64,000 nucleotides of DNA from Gammaproteobacteria bacterium (lineage in GTDB: Bacteria > Pseudomonadota > Gammaproteobacteria > Chromatiales > Chromatiaceae), in the NCBI GenBank assembly GCA_038146785.1, contig JAYQSI010000019.1, positions 161,370 through 225,369 of the forward strand. Direction: 5' to 3'. The stretch's first letter is position 1, and every line of letters begins with the position of its first letter. Positions 22,022-31,440 of the stretch are shown here, piece by piece. The translations under genes and the position numbers were made by a program. The notes under the pieces are model-generated. The model worked only from the letters and a program-made list of their open reading frames with translations. It had not been told where the DNA came from and searched no databases.

Positions 22022-22996
22022 TTAGCGAACGACGCGGCGGTCTTTACAGGCCGCACAAACGCTAACTTCAGCCGGATCTCGACCTTCGTAGAACTCACGC
22101 AGCATATCGATGTAGCGAACCGCTGCTGGCGATAAGAACTTACCGCGACGAGAAACGATGCCATAGCTGCGTGTTGGGAATAGGTTGCCCAGCGGGATCG
22201 CACAGATATCGTCATCACCCATCAAACAGATGTCAGTCACGATGGAGATGCCCATGTTCATCTTCACGTACTTCTTAATGACTTCCCAGCCGCCAGCTTC
22301 CAGAGACACATTCAGCTTCAGGCTGTTTTGTTCAAATACGTTTTCAACAATGCGCCAAGTCGATAGGTGACGTGGTGGCAAGATCAAACCGTGTTGAGAG
22401 ATCTCTTCAAGCGTGATTTCACGTTTCTTAGCCAACGGATGGTCTTTAGAACAGATCAGCGCAGGGTAGTAGGTGACAATCGGCTCATAGCGGATGTCAT
22501 CTGGAATATCGATCATCGAGCCCACAGCAAAGTCACACTGATCTGAGCGGATCATTGAGAGACCGTCACGACCAGTCACATTGTGCAGTTTCATGCTGAT
22601 GCCGGGATATTCGTCCGAGAATGCCTTGGTGACATCAGGAAGGACATACAGAATCGTCGATTCACCCGCCGCAATATTGAGCTCACCACGCTGTAGATCG
22701 CCCATATGCGCTGCAAAAGACTCACCGAGGCGGTCAATGCCTTCAACCAAGGGGCTAGCAAGCTGATAAAGCACCTCACCTTCAGGCGTTAGGCTGATTT
22801 TGGGGCCACGACGTTCGAAAACGGTGATCTCCATTTCACGCTCTAGCGCTTGGATTTGAAGGGTGACTGAAGGCTGGCTCAAAAACAGCATTTCTGCCGC
22901 TTCAGTGATGCTGCCGCTCTGTGCTGCGTGACAAAACGCGCGCAACTGCTTCAAGCGATTTTGCTTGTAATAGGGTGTTTTCAGCTTAGTTGTCAT
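22022..22996 (-). CDS. LysR-family transcriptional regulator (CysB-like subfamily), divergent from aceA
   Basis: LKQLRAFCHAAQSGSITEAAEMLFLSQPSVTLQIQALEREMEITVFERRG HTH plus a substrate-binding domain. Start placed at the internal MTTKLK. Confidence 0.85.
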   Translation of the reverse strand: MTTKLKTPYYKQNRLKQLRAFCHAAQSGSITEAAEMLFLSQPSVTLQIQALEREMEITVFERRGPKISLTPEGEVLYQLASPLVEGIDRLGESFAAHMGDLQRGELNIAAGESTILYVLPDVTKAFSDEYPGISMKLHNVTGRDGLSMIRSDQCDFAVGSMIDIPDDIRYEPIVTYYPALICSKDHPLAKKREITLEEISQHGLILPPRHLSTWRIVENVFEQNSLKLNVSLEAGGWEVIKKYVKMNMGISIVTDICLMGDDDICAIPLGNLFPTRSYGIVSRRGKFLSPAAVRYIDMLREFYEGRDPAEVSVCAACKDRRVVR

Positions 22997-23195
22997 CGCT
23001 GATTGTTGTCCTTTGGTGTCGTAACTTATTGTTTTTTTTCTATTTATTAACCAACCCAATAATCTAAATTAAAACAATTGGTTTGGATTTTCGAGCGCTT
23101 GTTGGCAGTGTGCACACACCAAAATTTACCCGTAGTGCAATTCTATTACCAAAGTAGGGTGCACTGCACAAACTTTACGCATGTTAGGAGTCACC

Positions 23196-24503
23196 ATGGC
23201 AACTAGAGAAGAACAAATTGCAGCGCTGAAAAAAGACTGGGCTGAGAATCCTCGTTGGGCAAATGTTAAGCGCGGTTATTCAGCAGAAGACGTTGTGCGT
23301 CTGCGTGGCTCTGTGCAGCCTGAGCTGACTCTGGCAAAAATGGGCGCTGAGAAGCTGTGGGACAAGATCAACGGTGGCGCTAAGAAAGGCTACGTAAACG
23401 CATTCGGTGCGATTACTGCTGGTCAAGCGATGCAACAAGCGAAAGCGGGCTTGGAAGCGGTTTACTTGTCAGGTTGGCAGGTTGCTGCAGACGGTAACAC
23501 CTCTGAAACCATGTACCCAGACCAGTCTTTGTACGCATACGATTCAGTTCCAACCATGGTTCGCCGTATCAACAACACCTTCAAGCGCGCTGACGAGATT
23601 CAGTGGTCTAAAGGCGTTAACCCAGAAGACAAAGAGTTCGTTGATTACTTCCTCCCAATCGTTGCTGACGCAGAAGCGGGCTTCGGTGGTGTATTGAATG
23701 CATACGAGCTGATGAAGAACATGATCACTGCAGGTGCTGCAGGCGTTCACTTCGAAGACCAGCTAGCAGCGGTTAAGAAGTGTGGTCACATGGGCGGTAA
23801 GGTATTGGTACCTACCTCTGAAGCGGTTCAAAAATTGATCTCAGCTCGTTTGGCAGCTGACGTCATGGGCGTTCCAACCATCGTATTGGCACGTACTGAC
23901 GCAGAAGCAGCGAACTTGTTGACCTCTGACGTTGATGAGAACGACAAGCCATTCTGTACTGGTGAGCGCACTGCTGAAGGCTTCTACCGTGTTAAGAACG
24001 GTCTTGAGCAAGCAATCAGCCGTGGTGTTGCATATGCACCGTATGCTGACTTGGTTTGGTGTGAGACTGGTACCCCAGATATCGGCTTCGCTCGCGAATT
24101 CGCACAAGCAGTATTGGCTGAGAACCCAGGCCAGTTGTTGTCATACAACTGTTCACCTTCGTTCAACTGGAAGAAGAACTTGTCAGATTCACAAATCGCA
24201 AGCTTCCAGGAAGACTTGTCTGCACTAGGCTACAAGTACCAGTTCATCACTTTGGCGGGTATCCACGTCAACTGGTACAACACCTTCCAGTTTGCACATG
24301 CATACGCTCAAGGCGAAGGCATGAAGCACTACACTGAGATGGTTCAACAGCCTGAGTTTGCTGCACGTGATCAAGGTTACACCTTCGTATCTCACCAGCA
24401 GGAAGTTGGCGCAGGTTACTTCGATGACGTAACTACCGTTATCCAAGGTGGCGCTTCTTCTGTAACTGCACTGACTGGTTCTACCGAAGAAGAGCAGTTC
24501 TAA
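23196..24503 (+). CDS. aceA: Isocitrate lyase
   Basis: [21 protein letters not shown]...[14 protein letters not shown] (KKCGH active-site motif)...SPSFNW. Confidence 0.95.
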   Translation: MATREEQIAALKKDWAENPRWANVKRGYSAEDVVRLRGSVQPELTLAKMGAEKLWDKINGGAKKGYVNAFGAITAGQAMQQAKAGLEAVYLSGWQVAADGNTSETMYPDQSLYAYDSVPTMVRRINNTFKRADEIQWSKGVNPEDKEFVDYFLPIVADAEAGFGGVLNAYELMKNMITAGAAGVHFEDQLAAVKKCGHMGGKVLVPTSEAVQKLISARLAADVMGVPTIVLARTDAEAANLLTSDVDENDKPFCTGERTAEGFYRVKNGLEQAISRGVAYAPYADLVWCETGTPDIGFAREFAQAVLAENPGQLLSYNCSPSFNWKKNLSDSQIASFQEDLSALGYKYQFITLAGIHVNWYNTFQFAHAYAQGEGMKHYTEMVQQPEFAARDQGYTFVSHQQEVGAGYFDDVTTVIQGGASSVTALTGSTEEEQF

Positions 24504-24524
24504 GCCTCCTCTCCAAGTGTTCTT

Positions 24525-26360
24525 TTGATGAGTTTGAACTCTTGGAAATTAGCACCGGTTCGTCACTTAGGTGGCGGACCGGTTTTTTTATCGGATAATG
24601 ATGGGGTGAGTAGCGGAGCACCTTCATCTTTTGATCCAGAGCGTTATCAAACAGCGCGTGAAATTGCGCATGCTGTGTTGATGGCTTTCAATCGTCACTT
24701 CCGCATCTTTCGCGAACATACCCAAGCGGCTCGGCAACACTACATAGATGGTGATTGGAGTGCGGCAACTCAAAACACCAGTGATCGAATCAGCTTGTAT
24801 GACATGCGTGTTAAAGAAGCGATTGCTGATCTGCGTGAACGGTTTGATTTAGAAGCGCCTGATCAGGCGTTGCTGCAAGAAGTAAAGTTTCAATACCTCG
24901 GTATGCTCTACGATCATTTGCAGCCAGAGCTTGCAGAGACGTTCTATAACTCGTGTTTTGTGGGATTGTTTGAGCGCGCCTTCTATCACAACGCCAATAT
25001 ATTCGTGCGTCCTTCAGTTTCAACAGAGCGTATTGAAGGTGAACATCCGCCGTTTAGAAGCTTTTACCCAACGCAAGATGGTTGGCGATTAAGCTTTAGT
25101 CGCTTGCTCGACAGTATTGATTTAGGCGTACCTTTTGAAGATAAGCGCCGTGATTTGAAGCACCTTATTTCATTTGCAAAAAACTTTAAGAACACATCGG
25201 GGTATGTGGCAAAGCACTTCCAGATCCAAGTGCTCAATACGGTTTTTTATCGGAACAAAGCGGCTTACATCATTGGTCGTGCGTTGAATGGTGTTGAAGT
25301 TCAGCCGTTTATCCTGCCGTTATTGCGTAATCGTAAAGGCGAGATCTTTATTGATGCTGTCGTGAGTGAGCAAAATGATGTGACGAATGTCTTTTCGTTT
25401 GCACGAACCTATTTCATGGCGGATTGTGAAGTGCCTTCATCGGTGGTGCGTTTCTTGCGCAGTATTTTGCCGGGCAAGTCATCAGCAGACTTATATACCT
25501 CGATTGGTTTTCACAAGCAGGGTAAGGCAGAGTTCTATCGTGACTTCTTAGATCATTTGCGTAACTCAAGCGATCGCTTCCAGATAGCGCCCGGTATTAA
25601 AGGCATGGTGATGTTGGTGTTCAACCTGCCGTCTTATCCTTATGTGTTTAAGGTCATCCGAGATAACTTCGGTAGTGCAAAAAAAGTGACCGAGCGAGAA
25701 GTTATCGAGAAGAATCGTTTTATCAAACGACGTGATCGTGTAGGTCGCATGGCAGATACATGGGAGTTCTCGCATGCGGCATTCCCTTTAGATCGTTTTG
25801 ATCCTGAGTTACTCGAAGAGCTCAAGAGTGAAGCGGCGAATAAAGTCACGATTGAAAACGATCGCGTGGTTATCTCGCACTTATATATAGAACGTCGTTT
25901 GAATCCTTTGAACTTGTATCTCGAGCAAGTGGATGAAGAGAAACAACGTCTCGCGATGCGCGAATATGGCAATGCATTAAGAGAGATTGCGGCCTCTGGA
26001 ATCTTCCCTGGGGACCTCCTTTTGAAGAATTTCGGGGTCACAAGACACGGTCGCGTTATTTTTTATGATTATGACGAGATAGTCCCAATTAATGAGTGTC
26101 GCTTCCGTGAAATTCCTGAAGCGATGACGCCAGAACAAGAGATGGCATCTGAGCCGTGGTACAGCATTGCCGAAAATGACGTGTTCCCAGAAGAGTTTAT
26201 GACGTTTTTGATGAACAATCCGGCGTGGCGAAAATTGTTCCGTGAGGAACATGGCGGCCTGGCTGAGGCATCAACTTGGCGTGATCTTCAAGAGATTGCG
26301 GCGCGCGGAAAGTCTCTCGACGTTTATCCTTATCGCAGATCGATAAGTTTTCCTAGATAA
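24525..26360 (+). CDS. aceK: Isocitrate dehydrogenase kinase/phosphatase
   Basis: Colinear with E. coli AceK as I remember it (...FYRNKAAYIIGR..., GIKGMVMLVFNLPSYPYVFKVIRD, DRVGRMADTWEF, FPGDLLLKNFGVTRHGRVIFYDYDE, EPWYSIAENDVFPEEF). Exact start uncertain. Confidence 0.9.
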   Translation: MMSLNSWKLAPVRHLGGGPVFLSDNDGVSSGAPSSFDPERYQTAREIAHAVLMAFNRHFRIFREHTQAARQHYIDGDWSAATQNTSDRISLYDMRVKEAIADLRERFDLEAPDQALLQEVKFQYLGMLYDHLQPELAETFYNSCFVGLFERAFYHNANIFVRPSVSTERIEGEHPPFRSFYPTQDGWRLSFSRLLDSIDLGVPFEDKRRDLKHLISFAKNFKNTSGYVAKHFQIQVLNTVFYRNKAAYIIGRALNGVEVQPFILPLLRNRKGEIFIDAVVSEQNDVTNVFSFARTYFMADCEVPSSVVRFLRSILPGKSSADLYTSIGFHKQGKAEFYRDFLDHLRNSSDRFQIAPGIKGMVMLVFNLPSYPYVFKVIRDNFGSAKKVTEREVIEKNRFIKRRDRVGRMADTWEFSHAAFPLDRFDPELLEELKSEAANKVTIENDRVVISHLYIERRLNPLNLYLEQVDEEKQRLAMREYGNALREIAASGIFPGDLLLKNFGVTRHGRVIFYDYDEIVPINECRFREIPEAMTPEQEMASEPWYSIAENDVFPEEFMTFLMNNPAWRKLFREEHGGLAEASTWRDLQEIAARGKSLDVYPYRRSISFPR

Positions 26361-26421
26361 TCTTATACAGCCGTCGACCCTTAGATAACGATCGGCACTA
26401 AAGAAGTATTAGAGAGGAAGT

Positions 26422-27063
26422 ATGAAACTCATTCTGTTAGGTGCGCCTGGCGCAGGTAAAGGCACCGTTGCAAAACTATTAACTGAAATGGATGGATCTG
26501 TTCAGATCTCAACTGGCGATATTTTGCGTGCAGCTGTTAAAGCAGGCACCGAGCTTGGCAAAAAAGCTGAAGCGGCAATGAAAGCAGGTGAGCTTGTTTC
26601 TGATGATTTGATCATGGGCATCATGGGCGAGCGTTTAAAAGAAGACGACTGTAAAGCAGGTTTCTTGTTAGACGGTTTCCCTCGCACCATTCCACAAGCG
26701 GATGCTTTGAAAGGCTTGCTTGAGAACATGGGCATCAAGTTGGACGCAGTTGTTAACTTGGTTGTACCACGTGAAGAGATTTTGAATCGTCTTACTACGC
26801 GTCGTACCTGTGTTGATTGTGGCGCTATCTACAACGTTCGTAGTAACCCACCAAAACAAGAAGGCGTATGTGACAAGTGTGGCGGTGATGTTGTTCAGCG
26901 TGACGACGAAACTGAAGAAGCAATTTCAAAGCGTTTGGATGTATTCAATGAGCAAACAGCTCCATTGGTTGAGTACTACCGCAACGAAGGTAACTTGCTT
27001 GATGCAGATTCAACCAATTCATCGAATGTTGTTGATGTGATCAAAAAAGAATTGGGTATTTAA
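26422..27063 (+). CDS. adk: Adenylate kinase with Cys4 zinc-type LID
   Basis: MKLILLGAPGAGKGT...; LID CVDCGAIYNV...VCDKCGG. Confidence 0.95.
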   Translation: MKLILLGAPGAGKGTVAKLLTEMDGSVQISTGDILRAAVKAGTELGKKAEAAMKAGELVSDDLIMGIMGERLKEDDCKAGFLLDGFPRTIPQADALKGLLENMGIKLDAVVNLVVPREEILNRLTTRRTCVDCGAIYNVRSNPPKQEGVCDKCGGDVVQRDDETEEAISKRLDVFNEQTAPLVEYYRNEGNLLDADSTNSSNVVDVIKKELGI

Positions 27064-27079
27064 TTTACAAAAACCCGAA

Positions 27080-27106
27080 AAAGCCCGGCGAAAGCCGGGC
27101 TTTTTG
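27080..27106 (+). terminator. Rho-independent terminator after adk
   Basis: AGCCCGGC-GAAA-GCCGGGCT + T5. Confidence 0.75.
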
Positions 27107-27172
27107 TTTATGAACACATGGCGTCCTGCTATCATGATGCCTTTATTTTAATGCGAAGTATGGAGGCCCTCT

Positions 27173-27538
27173 GTGGCTGTAGTAGAACTAAACGAAGCGA
27201 ATTTTGAAGCAACTATTACCGATAACGCGTTTGTTATTGTCGATTTCTGGGCGCCATGGTGTGGTCCTTGTAAATCATTCGCACCAACCTATGACAAAGT
27301 GTCAGAAGATTTCCCAGATGTTGTGTTCGCCAAGGTAAATACCGAAGACGAGCAGGGCATCGCAGCGAATTTCCAGATTCGTTCTATCCCAACCTTAATG
27401 ATCTTCCGTGACAACGTAATCATTTACAGCGAAGCGGGTGCGTTGCCAGAAGCTCAATTCCGTGAGCTTGTGACTAAAGCTGGTGAGTTGGATATGGATG
27501 AGGTGCGTAAGCAGATTGCTGAACAGCAAGGTGCTTAA
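27173..27538 (+). CDS. Thioredoxin (WCGPC)
   Basis: GTG start after GGAGG. IVDFWAPWCGPCKSFAPTYD...IRSIPTLMIF. Confidence 0.9.
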   Translation: MAVVELNEANFEATITDNAFVIVDFWAPWCGPCKSFAPTYDKVSEDFPDVVFAKVNTEDEQGIAANFQIRSIPTLMIFRDNVIIYSEAGALPEAQFRELVTKAGELDMDEVRKQIAEQQGA

Positions 27539-27560
27539 ACACTAAACATCAATTCAGAGA

Positions 27561-27585
27561 AGACCGGCGAAAGCCGGTTTTTTCG
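27561..27585 (+). terminator. Rho-independent terminator after the thioredoxin gene
   Basis: ACCGGC-GAAA-GCCGGT + T6. Confidence 0.7.
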
Positions 27586-27662
27586 TTTATGCTTTTTGTA
27601 TGTTTATTTCACCTTACCCTTGGACTGGCGCATTGCTTCGTTCGCTCGATCAAGAGCCGACG

Positions 27663-28082
27663 ATGGGGCGCTTGCTTGATTTGTGTGAAGAAAACTACCA
27701 AGCCTTACTCACCCTTTTCCCAGAGCTGCCTGAACACAAGGGCGAATTTGAATCGCATCTTCCCGGTCAGGCGCATCTGAAGCTGACGGTATTAGAGCAA
27801 TCGAAATACACCAGCTTGATCAATCTGACCTACGCATTTGATGATGGTCGCGAGTCTGACCCCGATGCGGTGTTGCGTGTCTATCACGATGCGGAACAGG
27901 TTGAGGTAGAGCAGGTGAGGCAATCCAATTTGCCCGAACTTTCACTGTATGAGGCGCCAGGCCTTGTGAATAAATGGCGGGCTAATATTTTCGTCGGGAA
28001 ATGGCTGCGTTTTTGTGTCAATCAAGGGCATTTTTTCACCTCTCGTCAGAGCCAAAAAGTCGCAGAAGTGGCGACTATTTAA
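27663..28082 (+). CDS. DUF1249 (YqiB-like) protein
   Basis: MGRLLDLCEENYQALLTLFPEL...LRVYHDAEQVEV...KWLRFCVNQGHF parallels the E. coli YqiB pattern. Start at the internal Met. Confidence 0.7.
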   Translation: MGRLLDLCEENYQALLTLFPELPEHKGEFESHLPGQAHLKLTVLEQSKYTSLINLTYAFDDGRESDPDAVLRVYHDAEQVEVEQVRQSNLPELSLYEAPGLVNKWRANIFVGKWLRFCVNQGHFFTSRQSQKVAEVATI

Positions 28083-28199
28083 GAAATAGCTAATACGTTT
28101 AAAGTTTATTTTGCTTGATGAAAGCGAGCTAACTTATTGCTTTTAAATATCTTTATCGATGTCCTGAAATTCAGCCCTAGTCAGTTTGGGGGATAAAAC

Positions 28200-28254
28200 T
28201 TGACTGTTTTTGTAGGTTTCTCTACATTGATACCTGACAAATTTACTCGGGTAC
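28200..28254 (+). promoter_or_regulatory. Candidate isc promoter (-35 TTGACT / 17 nt / -10 TACATT) with adjoining type-1 IscR box
   Basis: TTGACT 28200-28205, TACATT 28223-28228. ATACCTGACAAATTTACTCGGGTAC (28230-28254) resembles the E. coli iscR-promoter IscR site ATAGTTGACCAATTTACTCGGGAAT (from memory). Confidence 0.5.
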
Positions 28255-28291
28255 TCCCGACCTTCTTCGATCTTAGAGCGAGGACATTAAA

Positions 28292-28762
28292 ATGAGACTT
28301 TCTACTAAAGGCCGTTATGCGGTGACTGCAATGTTGGATTTGGCGCTGAATGGCACCGATGGCCCAGTCACATTGGCTGATATCTCTGAAAATCAGGGTA
28401 TTTCTCTTTCTTATTTAGAGCAGTTGTTTGCCGCGTTGCGCAGCAAAGGCTTGGTTCGTGGTGTTCGTGGTCCAGGTGGTGGTTACTACCTCGGTCGTGC
28501 ATCGGACGAGATTTCAATCGCTGACGTAATCTGCGCAGTGGATGAGTGGGTTGAGTTCACGCGTTGTAATCCGCCTGCAAGTTCAGCGGATATTCAGCGT
28601 GGCATGACGCACAGTTTATGGGATGATTTGAGCCAGCAAATTTTTGTATTCCTGACTGATATCACCCTAGCTGACTTAGTTGAGCGCGGCCATTCTCGTG
28701 AAGCGGCGCGTCGCAGCGGCAAGTTGGCAGATGCTTTGGGTTTGAACGGTCACGCAGCTTAA
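28292..28762 (+). CDS. iscR: Fe-S cluster assembly regulator IscR (Rrf2 family)
   Basis: [19 protein letters not shown]...[29 protein letters not shown]. Confidence 0.9.
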   Translation: MRLSTKGRYAVTAMLDLALNGTDGPVTLADISENQGISLSYLEQLFAALRSKGLVRGVRGPGGGYYLGRASDEISIADVICAVDEWVEFTRCNPPASSADIQRGMTHSLWDDLSQQIFVFLTDITLADLVERGHSREAARRSGKLADALGLNGHAA

Positions 28763-28781
28763 GTTGGGGTCAACGAGCAGT

Positions 28782-29996
28782 ATGAAACTTCCCATTTATT
28801 TAGATTACTCGGCGACTACGCCGGTTGATCCACGTGTCGCAGAAAAGATGTGCGCGTGCTTAACGCCTTCAGGTGCTTTTGGTAACCCTGCATCTCGTTC
28901 TCACCACTTTGGTTGGGAAGCAGAGAAGCTAGTTGATGAAGCGCGTAATAACGTCGCGGCATTGATCAATGCAGACGCTAAAGAGATTGTTTGGACTTCA
29001 GGTGCAACTGAGTCAAATAACTTGGCAATCAAAGGTGCGGCGCATTTTTATAAACAGAAAGGTAATCACATCATTACTGTGAAAACTGAGCACAAGGCCG
29101 TTCTTGATACGTGCCGCCAGTTGGAGCGCGAAGGTTTTGAAGTGACCTATATGGATGTTCAACCGAATGGCTTAGTTGATTTGGCAGCATTCGAAGCGGC
29201 AATCACAGACAAGACCATTCTGGCATCAGTGATGCACGTGAATAACGAGATCGGTGTTATTCAGGACTTGAATGCGATCGGCACCATCTGCCGTAAGCAC
29301 GGTGTGATCTTCCATGTTGACGGCGCACAAAGTGCTGGCAAGGTTGAGATCGACATGCAGTCAATGCCGGTTGACCTGATGAGCTTCAGCGCACACAAAA
29401 TCTATGGCCCTAAGGGTATTGGTGCTTTGTATGTGCGTCGTAAGCCAAGAATTCGTTTAGAAGCACAAATGCATGGTGGTGGTCATGAGCGTGGCATGCG
29501 TTCAGGAACCCTCGCGACCCATCAAATCGTGGGTATGGGCGAAGCCTTCCGTTTAGCAAAAGAAGAGATGGCTGAAGAAAACGCGCGCCTGATGGTGCTG
29601 CGTAACAAGCTGCTCGATGGTCTTAGCGACATGGAAGAGGTTTACGTCAACGGTGATATGGATCAGCGTATCGCGGGCAACCTGAACATTAGTTTCAACT
29701 TTGTTGAAGGCGAGAGCTTGATGATGGCGCTGAAAGATATGGCGGTTTCATCGGGTAGTGCTTGTACTTCGGCAAGTTTGGAGCCTAGCTACGTATTGCG
29801 TGCTTTGGGTCGTGAGGACGAATTGGCGCATAGCTCGATTCGCTTCACTATCGGTCGATTCTCAACAGAAGAAGAGGTCGATTACGTGCTGTCTCAGGTG
29901 CGTGACCAGGTAGAGCGACTACGTGATTTGAGCCCACTTTGGGATATGTTCAAAGACGGTATCGACCTAAAGTCGGTGCAATGGGCGGCTCACTAA
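28782..29996 (+). CDS. iscS: Cysteine desulfurase IscS
   Basis: [19 protein letters not shown]...[17 protein letters not shown]...[21 protein letters not shown]. Confidence 0.95.
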   Translation: MKLPIYLDYSATTPVDPRVAEKMCACLTPSGAFGNPASRSHHFGWEAEKLVDEARNNVAALINADAKEIVWTSGATESNNLAIKGAAHFYKQKGNHIITVKTEHKAVLDTCRQLEREGFEVTYMDVQPNGLVDLAAFEAAITDKTILASVMHVNNEIGVIQDLNAIGTICRKHGVIFHVDGAQSAGKVEIDMQSMPVDLMSFSAHKIYGPKGIGALYVRRKPRIRLEAQMHGGGHERGMRSGTLATHQIVGMGEAFRLAKEEMAEENARLMVLRNKLLDGLSDMEEVYVNGDMDQRIAGNLNISFNFVEGESLMMALKDMAVSSGSACTSASLEPSYVLRALGREDELAHSSIRFTIGRFSTEEEVDYVLSQVRDQVERLRDLSPLWDMFKDGIDLKSVQWAAH

Positions 29997-30114
29997 GAAA
30001 TTACCTTTAAAGACGGCAATTTGGGTGCGCTTGCGTTAAAATCGCGCGCCTAATTGGGCAGTCTGAATAATTCGGCAAAGTGCGCACCGCGCACGTTCGG
30101 AAGAGGAAACTGAC

Positions 30115-30492
30115 ATGGCTTACAGCGAAAAAGTTATCGATCATTACGAAAATCCACGCAACGTGGGCAACTTGGATAAAGATGCTAAGAACGTTGGTAC
30201 TGGCATGGTGGGTGCACCTGCATGTGGTGACGTGATGCGTCTGCAGATTCAAGTCAACGACAATGGCGTGATTGAAGATGCAAAGTTCAAAACCTACGGT
30301 TGTGGTTCAGCGATTGCATCAAGCTCGTTGCTCACTGAGTGGGTTAAAGGCAAGACCTTGGAAGAGGCGAGCCAAATCAAAAACACTGAGATTGCAGAAG
30401 AGTTGGCATTGCCACCAGTGAAAGTTCACTGTTCAGTGCTTGCTGAAGATGCCATCAAGGCAGCGATCGAAGACCTTAAGTCAAAGGCTTAA
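30115..30492 (+). CDS. iscU: Fe-S scaffold IscU
   Basis: MAYSEKVIDHYENPRNVG...GAPACGDVMRL...YGCGSAIASSS...VHCSVLAEDA. Confidence 0.95.
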   Translation: MAYSEKVIDHYENPRNVGNLDKDAKNVGTGMVGAPACGDVMRLQIQVNDNGVIEDAKFKTYGCGSAIASSSLLTEWVKGKTLEEASQIKNTEIAEELALPPVKVHCSVLAEDAIKAAIEDLKSKA

Positions 30493-30507
30493 TCAACGGA
30501 GCTTGAT

Positions 30508-30831
30508 GTGGCGATTTCTTTAAGCGAATCAGCAGCTGAGCGTGTTTCTCGATTCCTCGAGAGTCGTGGTTCCGGCGTTGGTGTTCGTCTTGGCGTAAAA
30601 ACCTCGGGCTGTTCTGGCATGGCTTATGTGCTGGAGTTTGTTGATGACGTCAATGATGACGATGTCGTTTTTGAAGATCGTGGTGTGAAAGTCATCATTG
30701 ATCAGAAGAGCATGGTTTATCTCGACGGTACTGAGTTGGACTACGGCAAAGAAGGTCTTAACGAAGGTTTTAAATTTAATAACCCTAACGTCAAAGACGA
30801 ATGTGGTTGTGGAGAAAGTTTTACCGTTTAA
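30508..30831 (+). CDS. iscA: Fe-S carrier IscA
   Basis: GTG start. ...[16 protein letters not shown]...[14 protein letters not shown]. Confidence 0.9.
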   Translation: MAISLSESAAERVSRFLESRGSGVGVRLGVKTSGCSGMAYVLEFVDDVNDDDVVFEDRGVKVIIDQKSMVYLDGTELDYGKEGLNEGFKFNNPNVKDECGCGESFTV

Positions 30832-30856
30832 CGTGAGTTGATCGGTTCTCACGACG

Positions 30857-30880
30857 GCGCCCGCGAAAGCGGGCGTTGTT
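30857..30880 (+). other. GC-rich GAAA-tetraloop hairpin between iscA and hscB (intra-operon attenuator or stabiliser candidate)
   Basis: GCGCCCGC-GAAA-GCGGGCG then TTGTTGC. No strong T-run, so not a clear terminator. Confidence 0.4.
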
Positions 30881-30897
30881 GCTTGAAGGATTTGCGT

Positions 30898-31440
30898 ATG
30901 GACATGTCGCAGAATTATTTTGAGCTGTTTGAGCTGCCCGTGGCATTCGACGTAGATCGTGATGCGTTAGCGCAGCGCTATCGCCAGCTGCAACAGGTTG
31001 TCCATCCTGACCGTTATGCCAGTGCAAGTGAAAGCGAGCAGCGTATCGCGCTACAGCATGCGACATGGGTTAATGAAGCATTCGATACGTTGAAAGATCC
31101 ATTGCGTCGTGCGATGTATCAGCTCAAGTTGGCGGGCGTGGATCTCAATCAAGAAACCGCAACCACGCGTGATGGTGCTTTTTTGATGGCGCAAATGGAG
31201 CTGCGCGAAGCACTCAGTGAAGTTGAGCAAACCTCGGACCCCTTTGCATCACTTGATAGCTTGATGCGAGATATTCGTCAGTTACTTAAGCAGCAGCTTG
31301 AGTCATTAGCAGCACAATTGAATGACGGTTCTGATGAAGCGTTAAAAGATGCACAAGAAGGTGTGAGTAAATTGCAATTTTTAACCAAGCTGCAGCGTGA
31401 AGCAGAAGCGGTCGAAGCGAAACTCGAAGAGGCGATGTAA
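30898..31440 (+). CDS. hscB: Co-chaperone HscB
   Basis: [20 protein letters not shown]...[13 protein letters not shown] (J-domain HPD). Confidence 0.9.
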   Translation: MDMSQNYFELFELPVAFDVDRDALAQRYRQLQQVVHPDRYASASESEQRIALQHATWVNEAFDTLKDPLRRAMYQLKLAGVDLNQETATTRDGAFLMAQMELREALSEVEQTSDPFASLDSLMRDIRQLLKQQLESLAAQLNDGSDEALKDAQEGVSKLQFLTKLQREAEAVEAKLEEAM

